Virus record (IMG/VR): IMGVR_UViG_3300045988_159010
Strand: one strand, 5' to 3'
Length of the DNA: 64,000 bases
From: a virus
The notes under the pieces were generated by a model. It was not told where the DNA came from. It saw only the letters and a list, made by a program, of their open reading frames with translations, and ran no database searches. Shown here piece after piece: positions 1 to 9,599 of the stretch (the stretch's first letter is position 1; each line of letters starts with the position of its first letter). Position numbers and translations under genes: made by a program.

Positions 1-600
1 TGTAGCCATCTTAATAAATCACCTGTTGGCTTTTCTTTGGTAAATGTAATTGTATTATAAGCCTAATTTTCCCAAGATATTTCTTTGTAATTAATAGTAG
101 AATTATCTTGAGGATTATGACCAACACAAGTGGTATCATAATATAACATATCTTCAAGAATAATACCATCTTTCTTGGGCTAAGTATTTTTTTTATATTC
201 TATAGAAGAATAAGTTATTCCATTAGAAACAAATTCAATATTACTTTTAAAATAGAAAGATGGGGCTTTATGAATAATCCAGGTTTCACTTAAATCATTT
301 TCTTCATTACCATTAAATTTTGCTTCTAACATTTTAGTATGATTTTTTAAATCATCTAATGTTACATATTCTAATTTAGCTAGTTCACTTTTTAATTCAT
401 TTCTAAATACAATTTCTTCAGTCTTTGGAGCGTTATTTAAATCTTTATAATTGCCACTAAATAAATCATTTTGATAAGCTATCCCACCATTGAATTCTAT
501 ATGAGTTAATAAATCCTATAATTCATTAACAGTTAGTTTAACAAGGTATCGATCTTCTAAGCCTGGCATTTTCAAAGATTTTAATTGTTTATCTGCCAAT
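1..600 (-). CDS. tail-fibre-like protein, N-terminal part only (gene continues beyond position 1); TTG start at 598-600; three in-frame TAG codons read as sense
   Basis: AGGAGGAACTTTCA precedes TTG by 8 nt; N-terminus LADKQLKSLK resembles the MADKTLN starts of downstream fibre genes; frame open to window edge if TAG is sense. Confidence 0.4.
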
Positions 601-692
601 GAAAGTTCCTCCTTTCAATGTTTCTTATTCTAAAATTATATAAAAAATAAAAATATTAAATTATTTAAATTAGTCCAGATAAAAAAAAATAA

Positions 693-716
693 AGACTCCA
701 TTTTGGAGTCTTTATT
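693..716 (-). terminator. hairpin AAAGACTCCA-N4-TGGAGTCTTT followed by T-run on minus strand
   Basis: perfect 10-bp inverted repeat immediately 3' of gene 718-1059 with poly-T on the transcribed strand. Confidence 0.5.
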
Positions 717-717
717 G

Positions 718-1059
718 TTATATATTTACAGTTGAAGAACCGCAATCAAAAATTACATAGTTGGCATCAGGGTTAGCGCCTATTTCATCAAGGGTATAGG
801 ATGGCTTTGTAGGTGCCTTAGCCCATGCCGGAACATCTGCTCCAAGCCCTGCACCCCAAGGTAGGTTTTCCCATGTGGTCGTACCATCGCCAACTTTAAA
901 TAATACAGTAGGAGCTGTGGTTGTTGTACCAGATGTAAGTGCTGGTACATAACAAAATCCCACTTCACCGGCAAGTAAAACTTTTGATTTGTTTGCAGTC
1001 CAATTAGCAAGTGTATCGTATTTAGACTTAATACGAATATTTAAAGTTTTATCAGCCAT
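718..1059 (-). CDS. tail-fibre protein with conserved phage fibre N-terminal domain (113 aa)
   Basis: ORF with GGAGGATTGGA-ATG RBS; MADKTLNIRI...GDGTTTWENLPW motif shared with 3775-4995, 5008-5533, 5549-6610. Confidence 0.6.
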   Translation of the reverse strand: MADKTLNIRIKSKYDTLANWTANKSKVLLAGEVGFCYVPALTSGTTTTAPTVLFKVGDGTTTWENLPWGAGLGADVPAWAKAPTKPSYTLDEIGANPDANYVIFDCGSSTVNI

Positions 1060-1107
1060 TCCAATCCTCCTAATAGAAAGGGGAGATTTCTCTCCCCTTA
1101 TGATTTA

Positions 1108-3750
1108 TTAAATTAAAGTACTAGCGTTACCACCATTAAGAACAAGGGTAAGTGTACCCTATTCAAGAAGATCAGTAGAAACTGCCTTTACGCTAAGAGT
1201 ATGATTAGCATTATTCTCAATAGAAGTGCCATCACCCTTATAGCTTTCAAGAGCTATTGTCTTCTTAGTAGGAGTCTGTTCTGTACCATTAACTGTAATC
1301 TTTTCAATTACGTTAACTTGAGCACCTTCAGCAATACCATCAAGTTTAGTAATCTTGGTATCAGCAATTAAGCTCTTACCAGTTTCCTTCTTAACAACAT
1401 CAGCATCTTTTGCGTACTGAGTGATATCGAGAGCATCGACTGCATCCTTAACTGTCTTAGCTACAGAGCCTTCAACAGTATCAGCACCTTCAAGAGTAGT
1501 AAGACGAGTAGCTAAGCCACTTTCAATACCCTTTGCACGAGCAGCTTCATCGGTAATTGCAGTATTAAGCTTTGTTTCTTCACCCTTGGCACGAGTTTCT
1601 TCAGTTTTAATAGCTGCTTCATTCGCACTAATCTTAGCAGTCCAGCCCGCAGCTTCAGTACCATGATTTGTAATATAATCTTGTAATTCTTTTAAGGTGT
1701 CAACAGCATTAGTAGTAAGATCTGCATCGGCAAGGAAGGTATCAACACGAGATTTGACACTAGCAATAGCAGTAGCATTTGCTTGTTCTTTACCTTCTGC
1801 ACGTGCCTGTTCAGCAGCAACTGCATCCTTAACTGTTTTAGCCACAGAGCCTTCAACAGTATCAGTGCCATTTAACTTAGTAATAGCATCAGCATTAGCT
1901 TTGATACTTGCCTTAACAGTGCTATCATCATAAGTAGCAGCTGCTTGGGCATCAGCAATCATCTGAACAATTGTCTTATCTGCTGGGACAGTACCAACTT
2001 TATCGCTTAATGCATTAACAGAAGTTTGAGCATTAGTGCTAGCTTTCTTTGCATCAGCAACAGCAGTGTCAACTTCAGTCTTAACTGCATAACCCTTGGC
2101 TTCGACTTCTTTCATTGTAGTCTTAGAAGCAGCAAGTTCATAAGCTTCTTTTACAGTGCCAGTATGTCCTTCACCAAGAATAGCGGTTTTAGCAGTTGCA
2201 ATTTTAGTATCAGCATTAGTACCTGCAGTATTAATAGCTTCGGTCTTAGCTGTATCAATTGCACCACTTACGCTATCAACATCAACCTTACCTTCAAGAG
2301 CGGCAACTTTCTTACCAATGGCAGAAGTATCGCCAACTAAACCATCAGCATAAGTTTTAGCAGAAGCAAGAGTAGTCTTACCGACTTCATCTGCATACAT
2401 CTTTGTACCATGGATGGTATTGCTATCCTTGGTATCAATATCAGTCTTACCATCTTCGCCGCCAAGAGTATGAATTAAATTATCAACAGCAGTATTAACA
2501 GTGCTTTCAGTAGCAACTTTGTTAGTGCCAGCATTATAAGCACCCTCAAATGTTAAATTATTCTGCTTAGCATCAAGAGCACCTTGAAGACCATCAATCT
2601 TGGAAATGCCAAGAGTAGGAATGTCAGAAACGGCAAGATTTTCACCCTTAGTTACAAGACCTTTAGCATCATAGGTAATCTTAGTAGCCGTAGCACCAGT
2701 AATTGCGGTATTAGCAACAACAGCAGCATCAGCCGTCTTTTTCACAGCAGCAATAGCAGTTGCATTATCGTTATCAGCTTTTTCAAGAGCTGCTACTTTA
2801 GTATCGTAAGCAGATTGATCAACAAAATTACCAGCATTTTGCTTTGCGTTCCACTTTTCAATATCTTCAGCAGTAATACCAGCTGCAGGAAGTTTTTCAA
2901 CTACACTCACGCGTCCGGCAAGAGTAGTTAAATCAGCAGCCTTAGCATAATCCTCAATCTTAAGAGCCTTAATAGCGCCATCAATATAAGCCTTTACTTC
3001 AGGAGATTGACCTTCAGCAGTACCAAATCCTTTAAGAATAGCTTTTAATTTATTAATATCGCCAGTTAAACCATTAACAATTTCTGGATGGGTTGCGACC
3101 CAATCGACTAATTCCTTGAAGGTATCAATAGTACCATTATTAGTAGCCTTGGTAGCAAATGCATCAATAGCATCATTAACAGCCTTCGCGACTGAACCTT
3201 CACCAGTGCCCTTTAGAACACCAATAGCATCTTCATTAGTCTTAATACGTTTACGAAGACCAGCAGTATCATCAGCACCAACAATAGTTTCAAGGGCATC
3301 TACGTCTTTCTGTGCTGCAACAGCCTTACCATCAGCAGTCTTTGCATCAGTAACACCCTTATCTGCTTGCTTTTGAGCTGCTTCAATTAATGCGTATAAG
3401 CCAGTTGCTGCGGTTTCGCCTTCCTTGGCTGCACCGACCTTCTCAATAAGAGAAGCAACTTTACCTTGTAATGTAGAAACATCAGAAGCAAGATCACCAG
3501 AAGCAGTAGTAGAAGCAAGCTTAACAAGAGTGCCAGCTTCGTTGCTGATCATATAAGCTTCGCAAGATTTATTAGTTTCATCGACTAATGTAATAATCTG
3601 ACCAACATAAGCAGTTACGCCAGATTTAGCATAAGTTTCCATCGTAGCTCTGTCATAATATACAGAACTATCGTCAAGAGGAATGGGGTTACCACGTTGA
3701 ATATTCATGGGGAGGCCCATGAAATTACCATCTTTTTTAATTAATGCCAT
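1108..3750 (-). CDS. Ala/Thr/Lys-rich coiled-coil tail fibre (about 880 aa) with internal repeats (GADTVEGSVAKTVKDAV twice); TAG at 1159-1161 read through to TAA at 1108
   Basis: 863-aa track ORF extended 17 codons past TAG; GGAGGAATAAATTGTT-ATG RBS; repeat-rich fibrous composition. Confidence 0.55.
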
Positions 3751-3774
3751 AACAATTTATTCCTCCTTTATAAA

Positions 3775-4995
3775 TTAACCAATTACAATACTGTAGCTCT
3801 GAGTGCTTGGAATAGAAGCAGGCTCAAAAACCCAAACAGTGTAAGGAGCAGAAGTGTAGCCCTCAGCGCCTTCAACAGCGACAGTGCCAGCCTGCTTTAC
3901 GAAGTCAGCAGTAGCATCAGCACCCATAGCAGAAGGAAGAGTAACTTTAGTCACATTGTGACCCGCAGGGCAAGCAACGATAACCTTAACCGTGCCTTCA
4001 CCAGCAGTAAATGTGCCAATGGTCTTTTTAGCAGCGGTTTCATGCTTTAAGCTACGAATATTAGCAGAGTTAAGTTCAAAATCAGCAGACTTAACAACAC
4101 CATAGAACATATGACGAACGCCAACTAAACTATCACTATCTTTAGAAGCAGAACCAGCAGTAATCTTACCAGCAGGATAAGGATTACCAAGATTGGTCAC
4201 AGGAATACTACCTTCGCCATAAGTAGCAGTAGCAGTAATCTTCTTAGGTGTCGCTTCAGCAATGACATTTTCAAAAGTACCTGTTGCAGTAGCCTTAGCT
4301 TCATCAATACCAGTGCATTTTACATTCCAACTCTGAGCCGTAATACCAGTAGGTGGGCCATAAGTATAACCACCAGCAGATAGTGCCGCTGTATATGTCA
4401 GATTCTTCTTAGTACCAATCTCAAATGTGCCAAAACCACCCTGTGCGCTGAAACTAACAGCAGGATTAGTCTTGGATGGGTTAGCTTCCTGTGCCATTAA
4501 CTTGGACAGAACATATTCAACACTCTTGCCTTTTGCCGCGAATTTAGCAGAACCCGAAGGCTTAGAAAGAGTACCAATAGCAACGGTATAAGTAATGTCA
4601 TCATCAAAATAAACATTATCAGCACGATAGTTGCCATCCATGGCCTTCCATTCGCCGTCATATACATAGGCAGTATAAGAAATCTTATCGCCAGTAATAG
4701 CACGCTTTACAATAGCAGTATCGCCATTATGAAGTTCTGCGGAAGCTACAACACGAGTAATAGCCTGAACATCAGTTTCCTCATTTTTTGGAGTAGCTTC
4801 AAAATTTTGAGCTTCATCGCCGCCAACAAACTTTAAATTGCCCAAGGCAGTAGTGCCATCACCAATCTTCATCTTGCGATTAGTTTGGTCATAAACGATT
4901 TCGCCTTTAAGAGGGACGGCAGTACTCTTTTTTTCAAGAGCTTCAGCAGTATCATTTAATACTTGAATACGAGTATTAAGAGTTTTATCAGCCAT
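3775..4995 (-). CDS. tail-fibre paralogue (406 aa) with the shared N-terminal domain
   Basis: MADKTLNTRIQ...KIGDGTTALGNL; TAGGAGGAAAATGATTT-ATG RBS; TAA stop. Confidence 0.6.
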   Translation of the reverse strand: MADKTLNTRIQVLNDTAEALEKKSTAVPLKGEIVYDQTNRKMKIGDGTTALGNLKFVGGDEAQNFEATPKNEETDVQAITRVVASAELHNGDTAIVKRAITGDKISYTAYVYDGEWKAMDGNYRADNVYFDDDITYTVAIGTLSKPSGSAKFAAKGKSVEYVLSKLMAQEANPSKTNPAVSFSAQGGFGTFEIGTKKNLTYTAALSAGGYTYGPPTGITAQSWNVKCTGIDEAKATATGTFENVIAEATPKKITATATYGEGSIPVTNLGNPYPAGKITAGSASKDSDSLVGVRHMFYGVVKSADFELNSANIRSLKHETAAKKTIGTFTAGEGTVKVIVACPAGHNVTKVTLPSAMGADATADFVKQAGTVAVEGAEGYTSAPYTVWVFEPASIPSTQSYSIVIG

Positions 4996-5007
4996 AAATC
5001 ATTTTCC

Positions 5008-5533
5008 TCCTATAAAATTAATTAAGAGTATTTGCGTCGCCGCCATTGAGAATATTATAACTATCTTCTCCATATTGAATAGGTACAAGATCATTATTTA
5101 CATCTACAATATAAGGCAACCATTTATTATTCTAAAAGATAGATACAATTTGACCAACACAATTATGCTAAGTGATATAGTTAATTGCATCTACTAAAGA
5201 ATTGAAAGAATTTTGTGCTGAAGAAGAAGTTTCTGTAGTTGTCCATTTACCATCATAAATATATAATTTACCATCATAAATACACATTTCTCCATCTTCA
5301 GCAGTAGCTGGAAGTGTATCAACTGTGCCTAAAAATTCCATTACATTATCAGGAAGATCAATTGTACCACTTTCGCCACCGATATATGGTAAATCATTCC
5401 ATAAGGTTTTACCATCACCAATTTTCAGTTTATGAGTATCTAATTCAAATCCAGGTTCGCCATCCTTAAGTAATAAGTTTTTTTCGCGCCATGTAGTTGA
5501 TCGACCTCTTTTGAACTTGATGATATCAGCCAT
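5008..5533 (-). CDS. tail-fibre N-domain protein (about 174 aa), two in-frame TAG codons (5168-5170 and about 5140)
   Basis: MADIIKFKRG...ELDTHKLKIGDGKTLWNDLPY; track ORF stops at TAG but the frame continues coherently to TAA at 5008-5010. Confidence 0.5.
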
Positions 5534-5548
5534 AGATTATTCCTCCTT

Positions 5549-6610
5549 CTAGACAGTATAGAAGCCATTGACAAGTATTTGTCTATAGCCAGGAGCCAAA
5601 TAAGAAGGATCTAATTCTCTATTAAAACGACCACCACTAATTTCAATATGAGGATCGCCCTCAACCTTGAAATTCTTATCTTGTGCAGTAATAAATGTAC
5701 CGCCACTAATATATGTATTTTGAGGATTTAAATCTTCACTTAATTTACGAAGATAAAAATTATATTCGCCTTGACTTGGCTTACTATTTTCAAAATACCC
5801 ATCAGTGATAGTCATTGACTTACCATTAGCAAGAATAGTATTATAGAATGTGCCGCCATTAATATTTAAAATAGCATTATCGTCATTTTTTATAGCATAT
5901 AAACCGCCAGCAAATGTACCATCATTAATAGTTAATGTAGGTGCTTCAGCATTTTGACCTTGAACATAGCCATTAGTAGTATTACCAGCGTGATAATCCC
6001 AATAGCCATTTTCAATCATACTGGAAAATTCGCCACCACTCATAAACATGCCGCCATTGATTGTCATAGTGCCATGATTAACAGCAGTATAATAACCATT
6101 ACCTGATACATCAGTAGTACGTTGTAATTTACCATTATTAATAGTAATATTACCATTATTAAAAACTGCGGCATTTTCATTCTTATTACATTCAATAGTA
6201 CCTTGGCCCTTAATAGTTAAATCGCCGTTTGCTTTGATATCTATTGGAGTTTTTTCATTATTAATAATATCATTACCATTTAATTCAATAGTCAATGCTT
6301 TATCAATAGAAACACTGTTATCAAAGTTAGCATTAAGACGAATTGTACTTCCTGCTGGAGCCTTCATAAATGCTACATCAATAGATTGATAAGGCACGCC
6401 ATCTACAACTGCTGGATTATCAGTGTATTCTTGAACATTAACAACTTTAGTTCCGCCTACATAAGATAGTTCATTCCAAGGGGTTGAACCATCGCCGACT
6501 TTAATCTAATGTGTATTAAGTTCTACGCCGATTTCACCAGCTGCCAGGACTATATTCTTTTTAGACCAACTAGTTGATTTACCGCGTCTTAACTTAATAA
6601 TTTCAGCCAT
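5549..6610 (-). CDS. tailspike-like protein: fibre N-domain plus right-handed beta-helix (pectate-lyase-like) repeats; in-frame TAG at 6506-6508
   Basis: N-terminal MAEIIKLRRGK...ELNTH-TAG-IKVGDGSTPWNELSY aligns with ELDTHKLKIGDGKTLWNDLPY of the neighbouring gene; Asn/Gly-rich repeats (NGG.F, TINGG) downstream; AAGGAGAACACGAG-ATG RBS. Confidence 0.55.
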
Positions 6611-6635
6611 CTCGTGTTCTCCTTTCTTTAATCAT

Positions 6636-6761
6636 CATCTATAGAGCCGCCATCCCAGCCGCCTGTTGACTTGGAAGTATCTTCTTTGTCAATATCGCCG
6701 CCATCTTTGCCGCCCTTATATGAAAGAATAAACATTTTCATATTGTCCTTCTCCTTTCATA
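6636..6761 (-). CDS. small Gly/Asp-rich ORF (41 aa)
   Basis: AAGGAGAAGGACAAT-ATG RBS; MKMFILSYKGGKDGGDIDKEDTSKSTGGWDGGSIDDD. Confidence 0.25.
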
Positions 6762-6905
6762 TTTAAAATTATTTTATATTGCTCTATACCTGTTGGACCG
6801 AAAATTTCTTAAATGGAATTTTAATTCAAGCATTCGGTTTTAATGGTCCAAGCCGGCCCGAGCACCTATAACCTACTGTCTTTAAAATATATAAAAAAAA
6901 AGATG

Positions 6906-6945
6906 GACTGATTAATCTAATCAGTCCATCTTTATAGAAAGGATG
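6906..6945 (-). terminator. strong intrinsic terminator (13-bp stem GATGGACTGATTA/TAATCAGTCCATC) with A-run on one side and T-run on the other
   Basis: perfect inverted repeat flanked by AAAAAAAAA and TTT; ends the minus-strand tRNA region transcripts. Confidence 0.55.
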
Positions 6946-7338
6946 AAATGCAATGAACGAATTTGAAACGAGTGGCGCGGAACTGAGGTGTCGATCCCCA
7001 TCCCTTTCATAGGACCACTTGTTTTCAAGACAAGGCTTACCGCCGGGCAAGTTAATTCCGCATATCATAATTGGCTATAGACCCTTAGCTATCTATGATT
7101 TAAATACGCCACAATTACTATGAAGCTTAGCGATACCAATTATTTTAATAAACAAGACTCATTGAAAAGCCAAAATAAAAACGCGGAATTTAGCTTACTA
7201 AATCAGCTAAAAAGAAAAAACTTTTCAAAATATACTTTATTTTCTTTATTATACTTTTTCATCTATTAGTAATAAATAAGTATTGTAGAGCCTTTACAGG
7301 CAAAAGTTTGCTGAAAATGAGTCTTAATACGTATGGCA

Positions 7339-7419
7339 TAGGAGCAAGGGATTCGAACCCTGGATGTGCAGCTACAATTAGTTTTGGAGACTAACCCAAT
7401 CGACCACTCTGGCACTCCT
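7339..7419 (-). tRNA. tRNA with anticodon loop CUCCAAA (anticodon CCA, Trp-like) and an unusually long variable arm
   Basis: reverse complement gives 7-bp acceptor stem with two G-U pairs, stem TTAGT/ACTAA around loop CTCCAAA, T-arm GGGTTCGAATCCC; no encoded CCA. Confidence 0.4.
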
Positions 7420-7427
7420 ACATATAA

Positions 7428-7514
7428 TGGCGGAATCGCCGCGACTCGAACGCGGACTACCCAAGAGGTAGGATGGATTAGCAATCCATTGGAATACCAT
7501 TATCCCACGACTCC
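7428..7514 (-). tRNA. tRNA-Ser (anticodon GCU), type II, CCA encoded
   Basis: GGAGTCGTGGGATAATGG...stem ATGGA loop TTGCTAA stem TCCAT; long variable arm; T-arm GCGTTCGAGTCGC; 3' CCA. Confidence 0.65.
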
Positions 7515-7673
7515 AAATATAGAAAAATAGATAGTAAAAAACAAGCATTGCACCAAGGCGTAAAAACTCTATCTATTGTATAGTTTTTGTTCCTTACATA
7601 TTTAAATATATAAGAAAGGATTACCGGTAGCCTGCCGCCTAATAGCAGGATTTCCTATAACCGGACTTTATAT

Positions 7674-7859
7674 TCACACCGTGGCCTCGGTGGAACGAAC
7701 TTTTACAAAATGTTCAGCCAGATGTTTTGGCATCCAAATCAGAGTACCGTCATAAAATCTGAAAAGATAAGTCATAAAATTGTCCTTATCATCAATCTTG
7801 CGGCACTTACCCTTACCATACCTCTTACACCAGACCTTATCTCCTGGATTAAACTTCAT
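7674..7859 (-). CDS. hypothetical protein (61 aa)
   Basis: ORF only. Confidence 0.3.
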   Translation of the reverse strand: MKFNPGDKVWCKRYGKGKCRKIDDKDNFMTYLFRFYDGTLIWMPKHLAEHFVKVRSTEATV

Positions 7860-8051
7860 TATTTTCTCCTTAACAATTTTAACAAAGCCCTAAAATCATT
7901 TGCTGGATTTGAACCAACTCTAAAAAATTTTTGCAGAATTTCTTATTTATCCTATTAAAAATTGCTGTGTGGGCTTTTCATAAAACATTATTAATTATAC
8001 TCATTTAATCAATTAGCGTTACCCAAGATACACCACGTGGAGGTTTGATTA

Positions 8052-8122
8052 ATGTATCTCTTGCGGGAGTGGGATTCGAACCCACGATAACCAGTTTATG
8101 AGGCTGGTGTCTTAACCACTTG
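8052..8122 (-). tRNA. tRNA-Met (anticodon CAU)
   Basis: GCGGGATCGTCAAGTGGTTAAGACACCAGCCTCATAAACTGG...GGGTTCGAATCCCACTCCCGCA; loop CTCATAA. Confidence 0.6.
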
Positions 8123-8189
8123 ACGATCCCGCAATATTAACAAGACAATTTTTATACGTTGCGCTACCAATTACGCTATATCCGATCTT

Positions 8190-8262
8190 CGACCAGACAG
8201 TAGGACTCGAACCTACAACACACGGCTCCCAAAGCAAATTTATAATTGCTGTATTGTCTTTC
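8190..8262 (-). tRNA. degenerate tRNA-like element (T-arm GTAGGTTCGAGTCCTAC present, acceptor pairing poor)
   Basis: T-arm consensus on minus strand but no convincing acceptor stem or anticodon arm. Confidence 0.25.
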
Positions 8263-8267
8263 ATAAA

Positions 8268-8341
8268 TGGTGGAGCCAGAGGGAATCGCACCCTCGACTT
8301 TGAATTAAATTCAACGTTTTCCTACCATAAACTATGTCCCC
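8268..8341 (-). tRNA. tRNA with anticodon UUA (tRNA-Sup(TTA)-like; would decode UAA and by wobble UAG) - candidate suppressor, needs tRNAscan-SE
   Basis: GGGGACATAGTTTATGGTAGGAAAACGTTGAATTTAATTCAAAGTCGAGGGTGCGATTCCCTCTGGCTCCACCA; palindromic anticodon arm TTGAATTTAATTCAA centred on TTA; acceptor 6/7 pairs; CCA encoded. Confidence 0.4.
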
Positions 8342-8415
8342 AAATATGATGGTTATAAAACTTAATCTAATGCAGGCATCAGACTAATAGAACGCTCCAT
8401 CAAGTTCTATGCACC
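8342..8415 (-). promoter_or_regulatory. conserved about 70-nt element upstream of tRNA 8268-8341 containing palindrome ATAGAAC-N10-GTTCTAT (copy 1 of 2)
   Basis: near-identical copy at 9508-9585 upstream of tRNA-Ala. Confidence 0.4.
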
Positions 8416-8445
8416 AGTTGAGTTGTATGTTTTCCGCGAGTGCGG

Positions 8446-8521
8446 TGGCGGATGCAGAAGGGTATGATCCTCCGACCCATTGATTAACAGTCAATTGCTC
8501 TACCAACTGAGCTATGCATCC
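8446..8521 (-). tRNA. tRNA-Asn (anticodon GUU), CCA encoded
   Basis: GGATGCATAGCTCAGTTGGTAGAGCAATTGACTGTTAATCAAT...TGCATCCGCCA; loop CTGTTAA. Confidence 0.6.
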
Positions 8522-8593
8522 ATATTCATAGGGAAGGCTTCTAGAAAACCCGTGTGCTTACCACCCTACGTGTTTGGAATATATCACACTTAA

Positions 8594-8636
8594 TGGTGGA
8601 ACTTGCGAGAGTCGAACTCGCTTTGCCTCAAGCTCC
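8594..8636 (-). ncRNA. 43-nt tRNA minihelix (acceptor stem plus T-arm plus CCA, no D or anticodon arms)
   Basis: GGAGCTTGAGGCAAAGCGAGTTCGACTCTCGCAAGTTCCACCA: acceptor GGAGCTTG/CAAGTTCC, T-stem GCGAG/CTCGC, loop TTCGACT. Confidence 0.3.
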
Positions 8637-8659
8637 AAATATTATAAATTTTTCATAAA

Positions 8660-9331
8660 TTAATAAGAAATAATTTTTTCCCTATTAATTAATTTATATT
8701 TATGAGAAGTTAATTTTTTATGACAAATAGGACATAATATGATTAAATTCTCTAATTCATTGTGTTCTCTATTTTCATTAATATGATGAACTTCTAAAAT
8801 ATCTTTATCTTCATCCCAACCACAGATAGCACATTTATGAGGATAATATTTAAAAGCATTTTTACGATAAGTATATATACTTTCAATATTATTTCCATAA
8901 TGATTTGGTTGAATTTCTTTCAAACCAAACTCTATCCGTTGAGCTAAATCTTTATGTTCTCTACAGCAAAAATATATTCCACTTTTTGAATTATTCAATT
9001 TAGAATTTGGACGAATAAATTTCTTTCCACAATAAGCACATTCTAATTCAGTTCTATTTGCAGAAAATTTTTCATTTTTCTTTTCTTCTGAACATTTAGG
9101 GCAAGAGCATCTTACTTCTTTTGGACCTCGCATAAAACATTCTGCGGATGCTTGAAAAACAATATCATGAATATTGCATTTTAAATCTATTGGTTTAGAT
9201 TTTCCTTTATATTCACTTATAACAAAATATTTATCCCCTACACATTCATAAACTCTTTGTTCAAATTCTTCTTGAGTTAATTTTCTAGGCATTTGATTCA
9301 ACTCCTTTTTTCCTTCTATTATATTTAGCAA
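8660..9331 (-). CDS. HNH homing endonuclease (223 aa)
   Basis: HHINENREHNELENLIILCPICH HNH motif plus Cys-rich Zn fingers; embedded in tRNA array. Confidence 0.7.
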   Translation of the reverse strand: MLNIIEGKKELNQMPRKLTQEEFEQRVYECVGDKYFVISEYKGKSKPIDLKCNIHDIVFQASAECFMRGPKEVRCSCPKCSEEKKNEKFSANRTELECAYCGKKFIRPNSKLNNSKSGIYFCCREHKDLAQRIEFGLKEIQPNHYGNNIESIYTYRKNAFKYYPHKCAICGWDEDKDILEVHHINENREHNELENLIILCPICHKKLTSHKYKLINREKIISY

Positions 9332-9431
9332 AATTTTTGAGGAGTTTAATTAACTTTGCCCGATTTTTATTTTTGTCCACTATTAGCATTACCCATCATC
9401 TACCTCGTGGCGGTTGTGGATCTTAGATGAC

Positions 9432-9507
9432 TGGAACACATGAGAATCGAACTCATCTGCTTTTCTCCTTGCAAGGGAGACGACCACTCCATGCAGTCCC
9501 GTGCCCC
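9432..9507 (-). tRNA. tRNA-Ala (anticodon UGC) with G3:U70 identity pair
   Basis: GGGGCACGGGACTGCATGGAGTGGTCGTCTCCCTTGCAAGGAGA...ATGAGTTCGATTCTCATGTGTTCCA; loop CTTGCAA. Confidence 0.55.
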
Positions 9508-9585
9508 AAATATGATAGTTATAAAACTTAATCTAACCAGATTAATAGAACGCTCTATCAAGTTCTATGTAACAAAATCGCTTAT
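9508..9585 (-). promoter_or_regulatory. second copy of the conserved palindrome-containing element upstream of a tRNA
   Basis: CCCCAAATATGATAGTTATAAAACTTAATCTAA...AATAGAACGCTCTATCAAGTTCTATG matches 8342-8415. Confidence 0.4.
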
Positions 9586-9599
9586 ATCGAGAAAACGAA

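Noticed and set aside
6826-7068. Track ORF 6826-7068 (-)
   Set aside because: It spans the strong terminator hairpin at 6906-6945 and has no RBS. The translation looks like random sequence. The region is more likely non-coding RNA or spacer.
8520-8600. 5'-half-like segment containing TTCTAGA that would give a CUA anticodon (amber suppressor) next to the minihelix
   Set aside because: Only an anticodon-stem-like pairing (GGGTT/AGCCT with two G-U pairs) is present. No D-arm, T-arm or acceptor stem can be formed. TCTAGA is also a simple palindrome. It is kept only as a pointer for covariance-model searches.
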